Shown: positions 33,282 to 50,301 of the stretch, in pieces
How positions within the stretch are numbered: position 1 is the first letter of the stretch
How the letters are laid out: each line of letters begins with the position of its first letter
Source of the DNA: Acidimicrobiales bacterium
GTDB taxonomy: Bacteria > Actinomycetota > Acidimicrobiia > Acidimicrobiales > Bog-793
Assembly (NCBI GenBank): GCA_035532475.1
Contig: DATKQY010000061.1
Location: 16,669 to 80,668, forward strand
Reading direction: 5' to 3'
Length of the DNA stretch: 64,000 nt
Position numbers and translations under genes: made by a program
Notes under the pieces: generated by a model
The model's database searches: none
What the model saw: the letters and a program-made list of their open reading frames with translations, nothing else
Told to the model about the DNA's origin: nothing

Positions 33282-35295
33282 GCTCCCCGGCACGAAGGCG
33301 ACCGGCGATCCCGCCGCCACGGTCGCCGGTCGTGATCGAGGCCCTCGAGCCGCTCGTCGAAGGTGGTCGCTTCGCCGCCAAGGCCGTCGCCGGCGAGCCC
33401 CTGACCGTGCGCGCGGACGTGTTCGCGCACGGACACGACCTCGTCAGGGCCTTCGTGCGCCACCGCCGGAGCGGGACTCGCCCCTGGTCCCTCGCGCCGA
33501 TGTCGCCGGTCGGCAACGACCGCTTCGAGGCCGCCGTCGTCCTCGGCAAGCCGGGCCAGCACCAGCTCGAGGTGCTGGGCGAGGTCGACGCCCTCGCGAC
33601 GTGGCGGCGGGACGCCAGGCGCCGTGCCAGCGCGGGAGCCTTCGACCCGAACGACGCGGTGACCGGGTCGCGTCTGCTCGCGGAGGCAGACGCGCTGGTC
33701 GACGGCCGGCTCGCCACGCTCGTGGAAAACCTGAGCCGGGTGGACGGGGCGGGCGCCCTCGCTCCGCTCCTCGACGAGGTCGACGAGCTCGATGACGTGC
33801 TCGCCTCGCGACCTCCGACGACGGACCGCCCCGCCTCGGCCGGGTTCGCCGTGCTCGCGGAGCGCCCGCTCGCCGCCTTCTCCAGCTGGTACGAGTGCTT
33901 CCCCCGCTCGACGAGCCCGGTCGCCGGCCGCCACGGCACCCTCGCCGACCTGGCCAAGCGGCTCGACTACGTGGCGGAGCTCGGCTTCGACGTCCTCTAC
34001 CTGCCCCCGATCCACCCGATCGGCACCACGGAGCGAAGGGGGCGCTCCAACAGCCCGGTGGCGGGGCCCGGCGATGTCGGCAGCCCCTGGGCGATCGGCT
34101 CGTCCTCCGGCGGTCACACCGCCATCGCCCCAGAGCTCGGCACGCTCGCGGACTTCGACGAGCTCGTCGCCGAGGCCGCCTCGTGCGGCATCGAGATCGC
34201 GCTCGACCTCGCCTTCCAGTGCTCACCCGACCACCCGTGGGTCCGCGAGCACCCCGAGTGGTTCGCGCACCGAGCCGACGGCACGGTCGCCTGCGCCGAG
34301 AACCCGCCCAAGCGCTACGAGGACATCTACCCGCTCGACTTCGCGACCACCGACCGCGAGGGCCTCTACGGCGCCCTGCTCGACGTGGTGCTGTTCTGGG
34401 TGGGGCGCGGCGTGCGCGTCTTCCGGGTCGACAACCCCCACACGAAGCCGTTCGACCTGTGGGAGTGGCTCATCGCCTCGGTGCGCGGGGTCGACCCCGG
34501 CGTGGTGTTCCTCTCCGAGGCCTTCACCCGCCCAAAGGTGATGCACCGGCTCGCCAAGCTCGGTTTCGACCAGTCGTACACGTACTTCACGTGGCGGGAC
34601 GCCAAGGACGAGATCGTCTCCTACTTCGAGGAGCTCGCCCACGGTCCCGGGCGGACTTACTTCCGGCCGAACGTCTGGCCGAACACGCCGGACATCCTGG
34701 CCAAGAGCCTCCAGCACGGCGGGCGCGCCAGCTTCGTCGCGCGCCTCGTGCTCGCGGCGTGCCTCTCGGCGAGCTACGGCATCTACGGTCCCGTCTTCGA
34801 GCTGCTCGTCGACGAGCCGGCGGCGCCGGGCAGCGAGGAGTACGCCGACTCGGAGAAGTACGAGATCCGCCAGCTCGACCTCGGCGACCCCCGCTCGATC
34901 CGCGACGTCGTGCGTCGCGTCAACGGGGCACGGCGCTCGCACCCAGCGCTGCAGCGCGACGGCTCGCTCCACTTCCACCGGGTCGACAACGACCGGCTCA
35001 TCTGCTGGTCGAAGCGGGACAGGCAGACCGGCGACGTCGTCCTCTGCGTCGTGAGCCTCGACCCCGACTGGCCCCAGTCCGGCTTCGTCGAGCTCGACCT
35101 CGGTGAGCTCGGCCTCGGCTGGGACGCGCCCTTCGAGGTGCGCGACGAGCTGGACGGCGCCTCCTACACGTGGAAGGGCGCGCGGAACTTCGTCCTGCTC
35201 GACCCGGCGCGCTCGAGCGCGCACGTGCTCGCCGTCGCGCCGCCCACCCCCGGTGTGGAGCCGCCGGGCACCTCCCTCGCCTCCGGCGGCGGCCG

Positions 35296-35299
<4 letters not shown>
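33275..35299 (+). CDS. glgE: Alpha-1,4-glucan:maltose-1-phosphate maltosyltransferase GlgE
   Basis: GTG 33275 inside ORF 32309..35299. SWYECFPRS...GFDVLYLPPIHPIG...FRVDNPHTKPF...FLSEAFTRPKVM...YFRPNVWPNTPDIL. Confidence 0.92.
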
Positions 35300-38745
<3,446 letters not shown>

Positions 38746-38747
38746 GC

Positions 38748-40871
38748 GTGGGAAGGGCACGGATCGCCGAGGAGCGCAGGCGGGCCCTCGAGGAGCTCGC
38801 CCGCCGCCGCGGCGTCGCCGTCGAGTTCACGAGCGCCACCGGGGAGCGCAGGCGCGCGAGCGACGACACCCTCGCCGCGGTGCTCCGTGCCCTCGGCGAG
38901 CCGCTCGGCGGGCCGGGCGAGGCGGTGGCGCTCGCCGCCGAGCGCCGCGCCGAGCGGCACCGCTCGCGCCGGGCCGGCACGCCCGCCCTCCCGCCGGTGC
39001 TCGTCGCCTGGGGCGGCCGTCTCCCTCCGCTCGATCTCGCCGGCGCGAGCCACCGCGACGCCACGGCGCCGACCGGGGCGGGGGGGGGCCTCGCCCTGGT
39101 CACCGAGGGCGCGGACGAGCCGGGCATCCTCGCCGCGAGGCCCGACGGTGCCGGTCGAGCCGTCGTCGAGGAGACCCTCCCCTACGGCGTGCACCGGCTG
39201 GTCGCCGGCGAGGAGGGGCCACGATCCTGGGTCGTCTCGGCGCCGGAGCGGCCGGGGGACGGCGACGCTCGCCCGGTGGCCCGCGGCTGGGGGGTGTTCG
39301 CCGCCGCCTACTCGCTGCGCGACGGGCGCCGCGGGCCGGCCGGCGACCTCGGGGCGCTGCGCGCCCTCGGCGAGGCGGTGGCGCCGCTCGGCGCCTCGGT
39401 CGTCGCCACGCTCCCGCTCCTCGCGGAGCTCGCCACCGCCGACGGCGCGGCGCCGGGCCAGCAGCCGTACGCGCCGGTGAGCCGGATGTGGTGGAACGAG
39501 GCGTACCTCGACCTCGACCGCCTCGTCGAGCTCGCGCCCGAGGACCGCGACTGGCGCGCCGCGGCGCCCGAGCCGGAGCGAGCGGACCTCGCCGGCGCGG
39601 CGAGTGCGGCCCGGCCGGCCCTCGAGCGCGCCGCACGGCGGCTCCTCGCCCGTGACAGCGAGCGCCGGCGCTCCTTCCAGGCCTTCCGGGCGGCGCGGCC
39701 CGACGTCGCCAGCTACGCGCGCTTCCGGGCGGCCGTGGAGCGCGCCGGCCCCGACGTGTCGAGCTGGCCCTCGACCTGGCGCGCGGGCAGGATCGGCCCG
39801 GACGAGGTCGCCCCCGAGGCCGCGCTCCGCCACGTCTACGCGCAGTACGCCACCGACGCGCAGCTGGCGGAGGACGCGGGGGCGCTCGGGCGCGAGGGCT
39901 GCGGGCTCCTCCTCGACCTGCCGATCGGCTGCCGCCCGGGTGGCTACGACCCCTGGGCGTTCCCGGCGGCGTTCGCCGCCGGTGCGTCCGTCGGGGCGCC
40001 GCCCGACGGCTTCTTCCCCTCCGGCCAGGACTGGGGCTTCCCCCCGCCGCATCCCGGAGGGGACCGCGCGACCGGCTACGAGCTCATGCGCCAGGTGCTC
40101 ACCCACCACCTGAGACATGCCGCGGTGCTGCGCGTGGACCACGTGCTCGGCTGGTCGCGGCTGTGGTGGGTGCCGGCGGGGATGTCGCCGGGCGAGGGGG
40201 CCTACGTCCGCTACCCGCTCGAGGAGCTCCTGGCGGTGGCGTGCCTCGAGGCGTGGCGCCACGGTGCGGAGCTGCTCGGCGAGGACCTCGGCACCGTCGA
40301 GCGGGGGCTGCGCCCGCGCCTCGCCCGCCACGGCGTCGACCGGATGCGCGTGGCGATCTACGACCTCGCCGAGCGGCCCCGGCGGGCGCTCACCCCGCCG
40401 GCGGGCACGGTCGCCTACGTCGACACGCACGACAGCGCCACCTTCGCCGGCTTCCTCGACGGTTCCGAGGTGACGCTGCGCGAGGAGCTCGGGCTCCTCC
40501 CGGCGGCCGCCGCCGGCGGGGAGCGGGCCGAGCGGGCGCGCCTCGCCGCGGCGCTGGTCGAGCGCCTGGAACGCGTCGGCCGCCTCGCCCCCGGCGAGCA
40601 CAAGGACGTGCTGGCGGTGCTCGCCGCGGTCCTGGAGGAGCTCGGCGAGTCGCCGGCCGACCTGGTGGTGGTGCCGGTCGAGGACCTGCTCGAGGAGCGC
40701 GACCCGCACAACGTGCCCGGCACGACCTGCGAGCACGCCAACTTCTCGCGCCGCATGGCGCGAACCGTCGCCGAGTGCACCGCCGAGGCGCGCGTCCGCG
40801 AGGCCCTCGAGCGGCTCGACGCGGCGCGCCGGCGTGCGGGAGCGCCGGCCCGGGTAGGGAGGACGACGTGA
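38748..40871 (+). CDS. malQ: 4-alpha-glucanotransferase (GH77 amylomaltase, long actinobacterial form)
   Basis: GTG 38748, 2 nt after the treS-mak stop. PVSRMWWNEAYLD...DLPIGC...GQDWGFPP...LRVDHVLG...GEDLGTV...VDTHDSATF. Confidence 0.88.
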   Translation: MGRARIAEERRRALEELARRRGVAVEFTSATGERRRASDDTLAAVLRALGEPLGGPGEAVALAAERRAERHRSRRAGTPALPPVLVAWGGRLPPLDLAGASHRDATAPTGAGGGLALVTEGADEPGILAARPDGAGRAVVEETLPYGVHRLVAGEEGPRSWVVSAPERPGDGDARPVARGWGVFAAAYSLRDGRRGPAGDLGALRALGEAVAPLGASVVATLPLLAELATADGAAPGQQPYAPVSRMWWNEAYLDLDRLVELAPEDRDWRAAAPEPERADLAGAASAARPALERAARRLLARDSERRRSFQAFRAARPDVASYARFRAAVERAGPDVSSWPSTWRAGRIGPDEVAPEAALRHVYAQYATDAQLAEDAGALGREGCGLLLDLPIGCRPGGYDPWAFPAAFAAGASVGAPPDGFFPSGQDWGFPPPHPGGDRATGYELMRQVLTHHLRHAAVLRVDHVLGWSRLWWVPAGMSPGEGAYVRYPLEELLAVACLEAWRHGAELLGEDLGTVERGLRPRLARHGVDRMRVAIYDLAERPRRALTPPAGTVAYVDTHDSATFAGFLDGSEVTLREELGLLPAAAAGGERAERARLAAALVERLERVGRLAPGEHKDVLAVLAAVLEELGESPADLVVVPVEDLLEERDPHNVPGTTCEHANFSRRMARTVAECTAEARVREALERLDAARRRAGAPARVGRTT

Positions 40872-42784
40872 CCGACGCCCCCCACCAGGGCGCGCCGCGC
40901 GGCGGGCGGATGCCGGGCGAGCTCGACCGCTACCTGTTCAACGAGGGTCGCCACCACCGCCTCTACGAGGTGCTCGGCGCGCACCGGCTCGTCGGGGCGC
41001 CGGACCGCTGGTCCTTCGCGATCTGGGCGCCGAACGCCACCGCCGTCTCGGTCGTGCACGACCACAACGGCTGGCGGGCCGGGCGCGACCGCCTCGAGCC
41101 GCAGGCCAGCTCCGGCATCTGGGCGGGCACGGTGGAGGGCGTCGGCGAGGGGACCTGCTACAAGTTCTCCCTCGACACGCCGGCCGGCCGGCGCCAGCGT
41201 GCCGACCCCTTCGCCTTCGCCACCGAGGTGCCGCCTCGCACCGCCTCGGTCCTCACGGGCCTCGGCCACCGCTGGGGCGATGCCGAGTGGATGGCGCGGC
41301 GGCCGACGGCGCAGGGCCCCGACGCCCCGCTCAGCGTCTACGAGCTCCACCTCGGCTCGTGGCGGCGGCACGAGGACGGCTCGTACCTCTCCTACGCCGA
41401 GGTGGCCGGCCCCCTCGTGGACCACGTCACGAGGCTCGGCTTCACCCACGTGGAGCTGCTGCCCGTGATGGAGCACCCGTTCTACGGCTCGTGGGGCTAC
41501 CAGACGACGAGCTTCTTCGCGCCGAGCTCGCGCTACGGCCCCCCGGAGGAGCTGATGGGCCTCGTCGACACCCTGCACCGGGCGGGCATCGGCGTGCTCC
41601 TCGACTGGGTGCCCTCGCACTTCGCCACCGACGAGTTCGCCCTCTCCGAGCTCGACGGCACCCACCTCTACGAGCACGCCGACCCCCGCCGGGCGATCCA
41701 TCCCGACTGGGGGAGCTATGAGTTCAACTACGGCCGCCACGAGGTGCGCTCGTTCCTCGTCTCAAGCGCCTGCTTCTGGCTGGACCGGTACCACGCCGAC
41801 GGGCTCCGGGTGGACGCCGTCGCCTCGATGCTCTACCTCGACTACTCGCGAAAGGAAGGCGAGTGGTCCCCGAACCCGTACGGCGGCAACGAGGACGTGG
41901 AGGCGATCACGCTGCTCCGGGAGATGAACGACGCCGTGCACGGCGCGTTCCCGGGCGTGGTGACGGTCGCCGAGGAGTCGACCGCCTGGCCGGGCGTGAC
42001 GCGCCCGACCGCCGAGGGCGGGCTCGGCTTCTCGCTCAAGTGGGACATGGGCTGGATGCACGACACGCTGACGCACTTCGCGCGCGACCCCGTGTACCGG
42101 CGCTTCCACTACGACGAGCTCACGTTCCGCGCGCTGTACGCGTTCTCGGAGGCCTACCTCCTCCCGCTCTCCCACGACGAGGTGGTCCACGGCAAGGGGG
42201 CGCTCGCGACGAAGATGCCGGGGGACGACTGGCAGCGGCGCGCCAACCTCCGGCTCCTCTACGGATACCAGTGGACCCTGCCCGGCAAGAAGCTCCTCTT
42301 CATGGGGAGCGAGCTCGGGACGTGGCGGGAGTGGGACCACGAAGGCGAGATCGAGTGGTCGCTCCTCGGCCACCCGGCCCACGCCGGCATCGCCCGCTTC
42401 GTCGCCGACTGCAACGCCTGCTACCGCGCCCACGAGGCGCTGCACGCCCGGGACCTGTCGCCGGACGGCTTCGCCTGGGTCGAGGCCGAGGCGCGGGCCG
42501 ACTCTGTGCTCGGTTGGCTCCGCTTCGCCGGCGACGCCCCACCGGTGCTCGCCGTGGCGAACCTCACCCCCGTCGTCCGGCGCTGGCGCTTCGGGGTCCC
42601 CGAGGCGGGCCGCTGGGAGGAGATCTTGAACAGCGACGCCACCGAGTACGGCGGCTCGGGCGTCGGCAACGCCGGCGCCGTCGAGGCGGACGGGGCGCCC
42701 TGGCGCGGCCAGCCGGCGAGCCTCGAGTGCACCCTGGCGCCGCTCGGCCTGCTCGCGCTCGTCCCGGCGCGCGGCCGGCGCTGA
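40868..42784 (+). CDS. glgB: 1,4-alpha-glucan branching enzyme (short form)
   Basis: GTG 40868 (GTGA overlap with malQ). YELHLGSW...THVELLPVMEHPFYGSWGYQ...LDWVPSHF...DGLRVDAVASMLYLDY...VAEESTAWP...PLSHDEVVHGKG. Confidence 0.92.
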   Translation: MTDAPHQGAPRGGRMPGELDRYLFNEGRHHRLYEVLGAHRLVGAPDRWSFAIWAPNATAVSVVHDHNGWRAGRDRLEPQASSGIWAGTVEGVGEGTCYKFSLDTPAGRRQRADPFAFATEVPPRTASVLTGLGHRWGDAEWMARRPTAQGPDAPLSVYELHLGSWRRHEDGSYLSYAEVAGPLVDHVTRLGFTHVELLPVMEHPFYGSWGYQTTSFFAPSSRYGPPEELMGLVDTLHRAGIGVLLDWVPSHFATDEFALSELDGTHLYEHADPRRAIHPDWGSYEFNYGRHEVRSFLVSSACFWLDRYHADGLRVDAVASMLYLDYSRKEGEWSPNPYGGNEDVEAITLLREMNDAVHGAFPGVVTVAEESTAWPGVTRPTAEGGLGFSLKWDMGWMHDTLTHFARDPVYRRFHYDELTFRALYAFSEAYLLPLSHDEVVHGKGALATKMPGDDWQRRANLRLLYGYQWTLPGKKLLFMGSELGTWREWDHEGEIEWSLLGHPAHAGIARFVADCNACYRAHEALHARDLSPDGFAWVEAEARADSVLGWLRFAGDAPPVLAVANLTPVVRRWRFGVPEAGRWEEILNSDATEYGGSGVGNAGAVEADGAPWRGQPASLECTLAPLGLLALVPARGRR

Positions 42785-42786
42785 GC

Positions 42787-44685
42787 GTGACGACGAGGAG
42801 CGCCGGCGCCCTGGCGACGCGGCACGGAGCGACCTACCTCGGTGGCGGCCGGACCCGCTTCGGCGTGTTCGCGCCCGAGGTGCGCTCCGTCGAGCTCGTC
42901 GTCGCCGAGGAGGTCCTGGCGGCGCTCGCCCCGGCCGGCGAGGGCTACCACGCCACCGTCGCCGCCGCCGGGCCGGGCACCCGCTACCGCTTCCTGCTCG
43001 ACGGGCGCGGACCCTATCCCGACCCGGCGTCGCGCTCCCAGCCCGAGGGCGTCCACGGCCCCTCGGCCGTCGTGTCGCTCGAGCCCCCGGACACTCCCGG
43101 ATGGCGCGGGGTGCCGCTCGGGTCCCAGGTGATCTGCGAGGTGCACGTCGGGACCTTCAGCGCCGAGGGGACCTTCGCCGGGGTCGCGGCGTCGCTCGGC
43201 GAGCTCGCCGACGCCGGCTACACCGCCGTCGAGCTGATGCCGGTGGGCGAGTTCCCGGGCGAGAGGAACTGGGGCTACGACGGCGTCTTCCCCTTCGCCG
43301 TCCAGTCCAGCTACGGCGGAGCGGCGGGCCTGACCGAGCTCGTGGGCGCGGCGCACCGCGCCGGCATCGCCGTCGTCGTCGACGTCGTCTACAACCACCT
43401 CGGCCCGGAGGGCGCCGTCCACGGGCACTTCGCCCCCTACTTCACCGACCGCTACGCCACGCCGTGGGGAGAGGCGGTGAACGTCGACGGGCCGTGGAGC
43501 GACGGGGTGCGGAGCTACTTCGTCGAGCACGCCCTCTACCTCGTGCGCGACCTCGGGGTCGACGGCCTGCGCCTCGACGCGGTGCACGCCATCGCCGACC
43601 AGACCGCGTCGCCCTTCCTGGCGGAGCTCGCCGCGGCCGTGCACGCCGAGGCGCGTCGGAGCGGGCGGACCATCACCGTCGTGGCGGAGAGCTCCGACAA
43701 CGACCCGCGCCTCGTCGCGGTCCCCGAGGCCGGCGGGCTCGGCGTCGACGCCGTGTGGAACGACGACTTCCACCACGCGCTCCGCACCACGCTGACAGGC
43801 GAATCGGACCGCTGGTTCGCCGACTTCCACGGCACCGGCGACCTCGCGACGGCGTTCCGGGACGGCTTCGTGCTCACCGGCCGCTACTCGCCGATGCGCC
43901 GCCGGCGCCACGGCGCCCGCCCGGTGTCGCCGATCCCGGGTGAGCGCCTCGTCGTCTACGCGCAGAACCACGACCAGGTGGGCAACGCCGGCTTCGGCGA
44001 GCGGCTCGCCGCGGGCCTCGGCCTCGCCGCCCAGTACCCGATCGCGGCCGCCGTGCTCTGCTCGGGCGGTGTGCCGCTGCGCTTCATGGGCGAGGAGTAC
44101 GGCGAGACGGCCCCGTTCCACTTCTTCACCGACCACGGCGACCCGGCGCTCGTCGAGGCGGTCCGCGAGGGCCGGCGCGCGGAGGTGGGCGAGGCGGGCG
44201 GCGCCCCGCCACCGGACCCCCAGGACCCCGCCACGTTCGAGGCGTCGCGCCCCGACCGCGTGCTCGCGCGCTCGGGCGAGCACGCCGAGCTGCTCTCCTG
44301 GCAACGCGCGCTGCTGCGTCTGCGCCGCGAGGAGCCGGCGCTCGGCACCCTCGAGCCGTCGCGCTCGCTCGTCTGGCACGACCCCGCGACGCGCTCGCTC
44401 GCGCTTCTCCGCCGGGCCGACCCCTACCTCGGCGGTCGCCCGGTCGCGATCATCCTCCACCTCGCGCCCGATGTCGCCGAGATCGCTCCCGACCTGCTCG
44501 CCGGCTGCACCCTCGAGGTGCTCGCCGTGCGGGGCGTCCCGGGCGTCGCCGTCGGCGAGCGCCTCGGGCCGCACGGCGACGGGTCCGCCCGCATCGTGTG
44601 CCCCGGCTACGCGGCGCTCGTCGCCGGGATCACCGGGTGCCCCGCCGCCGCGCCGGACGGTGCAGGGGCGACCGACCGCCTGTGA
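42787..44685 (+). CDS. treZ: Malto-oligosyltrehalose trehalohydrolase
   Basis: GTG 42787, 2 nt after the glgB stop. EVHVGTFS...ELMPVGEFPGERNWGYDGV...VVYNHLGPEG...GLRLDAVHAI...VAESSDNDP...QNHDQVGN. Confidence 0.9.
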   Translation: MTTRSAGALATRHGATYLGGGRTRFGVFAPEVRSVELVVAEEVLAALAPAGEGYHATVAAAGPGTRYRFLLDGRGPYPDPASRSQPEGVHGPSAVVSLEPPDTPGWRGVPLGSQVICEVHVGTFSAEGTFAGVAASLGELADAGYTAVELMPVGEFPGERNWGYDGVFPFAVQSSYGGAAGLTELVGAAHRAGIAVVVDVVYNHLGPEGAVHGHFAPYFTDRYATPWGEAVNVDGPWSDGVRSYFVEHALYLVRDLGVDGLRLDAVHAIADQTASPFLAELAAAVHAEARRSGRTITVVAESSDNDPRLVAVPEAGGLGVDAVWNDDFHHALRTTLTGESDRWFADFHGTGDLATAFRDGFVLTGRYSPMRRRRHGARPVSPIPGERLVVYAQNHDQVGNAGFGERLAAGLGLAAQYPIAAAVLCSGGVPLRFMGEEYGETAPFHFFTDHGDPALVEAVREGRRAEVGEAGGAPPPDPQDPATFEASRPDRVLARSGEHAELLSWQRALLRLRREEPALGTLEPSRSLVWHDPATRSLALLRRADPYLGGRPVAIILHLAPDVAEIAPDLLAGCTLEVLAVRGVPGVAVGERLGPHGDGSARIVCPGYAALVAGITGCPAAAPDGAGATDRL

Positions 44686-44701
44686 GCCCGGCCCGCCGCG
44701 C

Positions 44702-47165
44702 GTGAGACCCGGCCTCGGGGCGACCTACCGCCTGCAGCTGCGGCGCGGGTTCGGCTTCGCCCACGCCGCCGCCCTCGCCGCCTACCTCGTCGACCTCGGC
44801 ATCGAGACGCTGTACTGCTCGCCGGTGACCGAGGCCGTGCCCGGCAGCACCCACGGCTACGACGGCACCGACCCGACGAGGATCCGCGCCGAGCTCGGCG
44901 GCAGCGACGGCTACGACGCGCTCGTCGGGGCGTGCGAGACCCACGGCCTCGGGATCTGCCTCGACATCGTCCCGAACCACCTCGCGACCTGGCCGGGTGG
45001 AGGCTGGTGGCGCTCACTCCTCCTCGAGGGCCCCGACGGCGAGCTCGGCGAGGTCTTCGACGTCGACTGGGACGCGAGCCCTCCGGGCGCGCCACGGACG
45101 GTCACGCTCCCGGTGCTCGACCGGCCGCTCGAGGCGGCCCTCGCCGCCGGGCTCGTCGCGCTCCGCGAGGGCCCGGCCGGCCCGGTGCTCTCCGCCTGCG
45201 GGGTCGAGCTGCCCGTCGCCGGCGGCTCGGTGCGCCCGGGCGAGGGGCTCGCCGAGGTGCTCGGCGCGCAGCACTACCGCCTCGTCGACTGGCACGACCC
45301 GGCCGAGCGGAACTACCGGCGCTTCTTCGACGTCGACGGCCTCGCCGGCGTGCGCGTCGAGCGCCCCGAGGTGTTCGCGCGCACCCACGCGCTCGTCGTC
45401 GAGCTCGCCCGGTCGGGCAGGTGCTCGGCGCTCCGGGTCGACCACGTCGACGGCCTCGCCGACCCCGCCGCCTACCTGCACCGCCTCCGGGAGGCGACGG
45501 GGCTGCCGGTGGTCGTCGAGAAGATCCTGACCGGCGACGAGGCGCTGCGGCGCGGCTGGCCGGTCGCCGGCACGACCGGCTACGAGGTGCTCGACGACAT
45601 CGGGGGCGCGCTCGTCGACGCCGAAGGGCTCGAGCGCCTCGTCGCGGCGGGCCGTGCCGAGGGGGACCAGCCGGTCGGCGCCTGCGAGGTCGGGGCGCGG
45701 CGCCTCGTCGTCGAGACCCTCTTCCCCGGCGAGCTCGCCCGCAGCGCGGCGCGCCTCGCCGTGGCGCCCCGGACGCTCGCCGAGGTGAGCGCCCACCTGC
45801 CGGTGTACCGCACCTACCTCGACGCGGGCGAGGCGGCCCCGGAGGACCGCGCCGCGATCGGCGAGGCGTGCGCGAGGGCCGGCGCCGCGGAGGTGGAGGC
45901 CGCGCTCCTCGACCCGGCGCGGCGCGACGCGGCCGTCGGCTACCAGCAGCTCAGCGGGGCGGTGATGGCGAAGGGCGTCGAGGACACCGCGTGGTACCGC
46001 CTGGCGGGGCCGCTCGCCTTCTGCGACGTCGGCGGGGACCCCGGCCGCCCCCGCCACGACGGCCCCGCCCGCCTGCACACGCGGGCCGCGGCACGCGCGC
46101 GCGACGGACGGGCCGGGCTCGTGCCGTCGACGACGCACGACACGAAGCGCTCCGGGGACGTGCGCGCCCGTCTCTACGCCCTCTCCGAGCTCGCGGGCGG
46201 CTTCGAGGAGGGGCTGGCACGCCTGCGCTCGGCGCTCGGCGCCACCGGCGCGCCGTGCGCCCCGGGCGCCCCGGGGTCCTCCGAGACCCGGCTCCTCGCC
46301 CAGCTCCTGCTCGGCACGCTGCCCGCCCCGGGCACGGCCGTCCCGATCGGAGCGGCGGGCGGGTCGCTCGCGTCCCGCGTCGGCGACGCCCTCGTGAAAG
46401 GGGCGCGGGAGGCGAAGCTGCGCACCTCCTGGGTCGAGCCCGACGACGGCTACGAGCGGCACCTTCGCGAGCTCGTAGATGCGGCGTGCGCGGACGGCGG
46501 CCGCCTGCTGGCAGCGTCCTTCGGCGACCTCGTCGGCGAGGTGGCCCGCCTCGGTGCGACGTTGTCCCTGTCCGCGGTCGTCCTCCGGTCGGCGCTCCCG
46601 GGCGTGCCCGACTGTTACCAGGGCGACGAGACGTGGAACTGCTCGCTCGTCGACCCGGACAACCGGCGCCCGGTCGACCACGGACGGCTGCGGGCGATGC
46701 TCGCCGCCCTCGAGCCCCGCCCGGGCGCAGGGGGCCCCGGCGCCCGGGCGGGGCTCGCCGCCGAGCTGCGACGCTCGTGGCCGGACGGCCGGGTGAAGCT
46801 GCTCGTCACCGCCACGCTGCTCCGGGCGCGCCGCCAGCTTCCCGGCGCCTTCGCGCCCGGCGCCCGGCACGTCCCGCTCGAGGCGGAGGGGCCCGCGGCA
46901 CCCTCGGTGCTCGCCTTCGGGCGCCTGGCCGGTCACGCCGGCGGGGTGGGCGGGGCGGCGCTCGCGGTCGTCACCCGGCTGGCGTCGCGCCTCGGCCGGC
47001 TCGGCGGCGACCTGCCGTCCGGCGCCGCGTACGCCGGCACGGCGCTCGCCGTGCCGGCCGAGCTCGCAGGGCCGCTCGTCGACGTCGTCACCGGCAGGCA
47101 GCTCCGGGCTCGCGCGGGGCGCCTCGAGGTCGCCGACGTGCTCGCCGACCTGCCGGTGGCCCTGC

Positions 47166-47182
<17 letters not shown>
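44702..47182 (+). CDS. treY: Malto-oligosyltrehalose synthase
   Basis: GTG 44702 inside ORF 43940..47182. [36 protein letters not shown]...[10 protein letters not shown]...DIVPNHL...[13 protein letters not shown]...[14 protein letters not shown]. Confidence 0.9.
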
Positions 47183-49301
<2,119 letters not shown>

Positions 49302-49352
49302 GCTAACGGCTCATCGCAAAGGCCGGAGAGACCCCGCCGGCGCGACGTGCGA

Positions 49353-49817
49353 TCAGCGATCGGGCCGCACCACGACGACGGAGATGTCACTGTGGTGTAG
49401 CAGGTGGTTCGCGACCGAGCCGAGCACGACGCTCGACACCGGGCCGTGCGTGGCGGCGCCGACGACGATGCACGCCGCCTCCGCGTCATGACCCACCTGG
49501 AGGATCTCGTGGGCCGGGTCGCCGTCGCGCACCTCGAAGCGCCAGTCGACCCCGGCGGCGGCGAGCGCGGCGGCGACCTGGGACTCGGTGCTCCGCTCGA
49601 GGTCGTCGGCGGTCTGCTCGAGGATCGCCACCGCGTCGCCCGCAACAGGGCCCGGGGCGATGTTCGGCAGGTGCCGCACGTACACGACGACGAGGCGTGC
49701 CCCGACGGCGGAGGCCACCCACGCGGTGTGGCGCAGGGCGCAGAGCGAGGACTCGGAGCCGTCGACGCCGACGACGACCGCGCCCGCCTTGCCCTTCTCG
49801 TGGACCAACTGCGCCAT
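49353..49817 (-). CDS. Universal stress protein (UspA family)
   Basis: ATG 49817 (MAQLVHEKG). VVVGVDGSESSLCAL...IVVGAATHGPVSSVVLGSVANHLLHHSDISVVVV. Confidence 0.85.
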   Translation of the reverse strand: MAQLVHEKGKAGAVVVGVDGSESSLCALRHTAWVASAVGARLVVVYVRHLPNIAPGPVAGDAVAILEQTADDLERSTESQVAAALAAAGVDWRFEVRDGDPAHEILQVGHDAEAACIVVGAATHGPVSSVVLGSVANHLLHHSDISVVVVRPDR

Positions 49818-50057
49818 CAGCACCCTCTCCCTGTCACGAGCGGCGGCACCTCCGGCCCCGGGTGGGCGCCGCATACGGTGTCCGGTGCGCCGTGGTCCGC
49901 GGTACGTGCGTCAGGGCCCCGCGCCGGCACGCGCGTGCACCGACCACGTCCCCTGGCTGGGTGTCCGCGGCATCGACGACGCGGAGCATCGCCGCGATCA
50001 AGCACATGTTGCACCGGCGACACGCGTCCGCCGCATGGACGATCAGCTGACCAGTCG

Positions 50058-50091
50058 GCCGCCCTGCGCCCGGGCCCCGGACGCGGGCGGC
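50058..50091 (-). terminator. Long GC hairpin 9 nt downstream of the csp stop (7 bp plus ~7 bp with one bulge and one mismatch); no U tract
   Basis: gccgccc t gcgcccgg gcc ccggacgc gggcggc, read directly from the sequence. Confidence 0.4.
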
Positions 50092-50100
50092 GGCAACTGC

Positions 50101-50301
50101 TCAGGCCGGTCGGACGTTCGCCGCCTGAAGGCCCTTCTGGCCCTCCTGCACCTCGAACTCGACCATCTGGCCTTCCTCGAGGGTGCGGTACCCCGACATC
50201 TGGATAGCGGAGTGGTGAACGAACACATCCGCGCCACCGGTCTGCGAGATGAAGCCGTAGCCCTTCTCGGCGTTGAACCACTTGACTGTTCCGGTCGCCA
50301 C
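50101..50301 (-). CDS. csp: Cold-shock protein (CspA family)
   Basis: [15 protein letters not shown] (RNP1) and VFVHHSAI (RNP2). GTG start with AAGGGGGA 9 nt upstream. Confidence 0.95.
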   Translation of the reverse strand: MATGTVKWFNAEKGYGFISQTGGADVFVHHSAIQMSGYRTLEEGQMVEFEVQEGQKGLQAANVRPA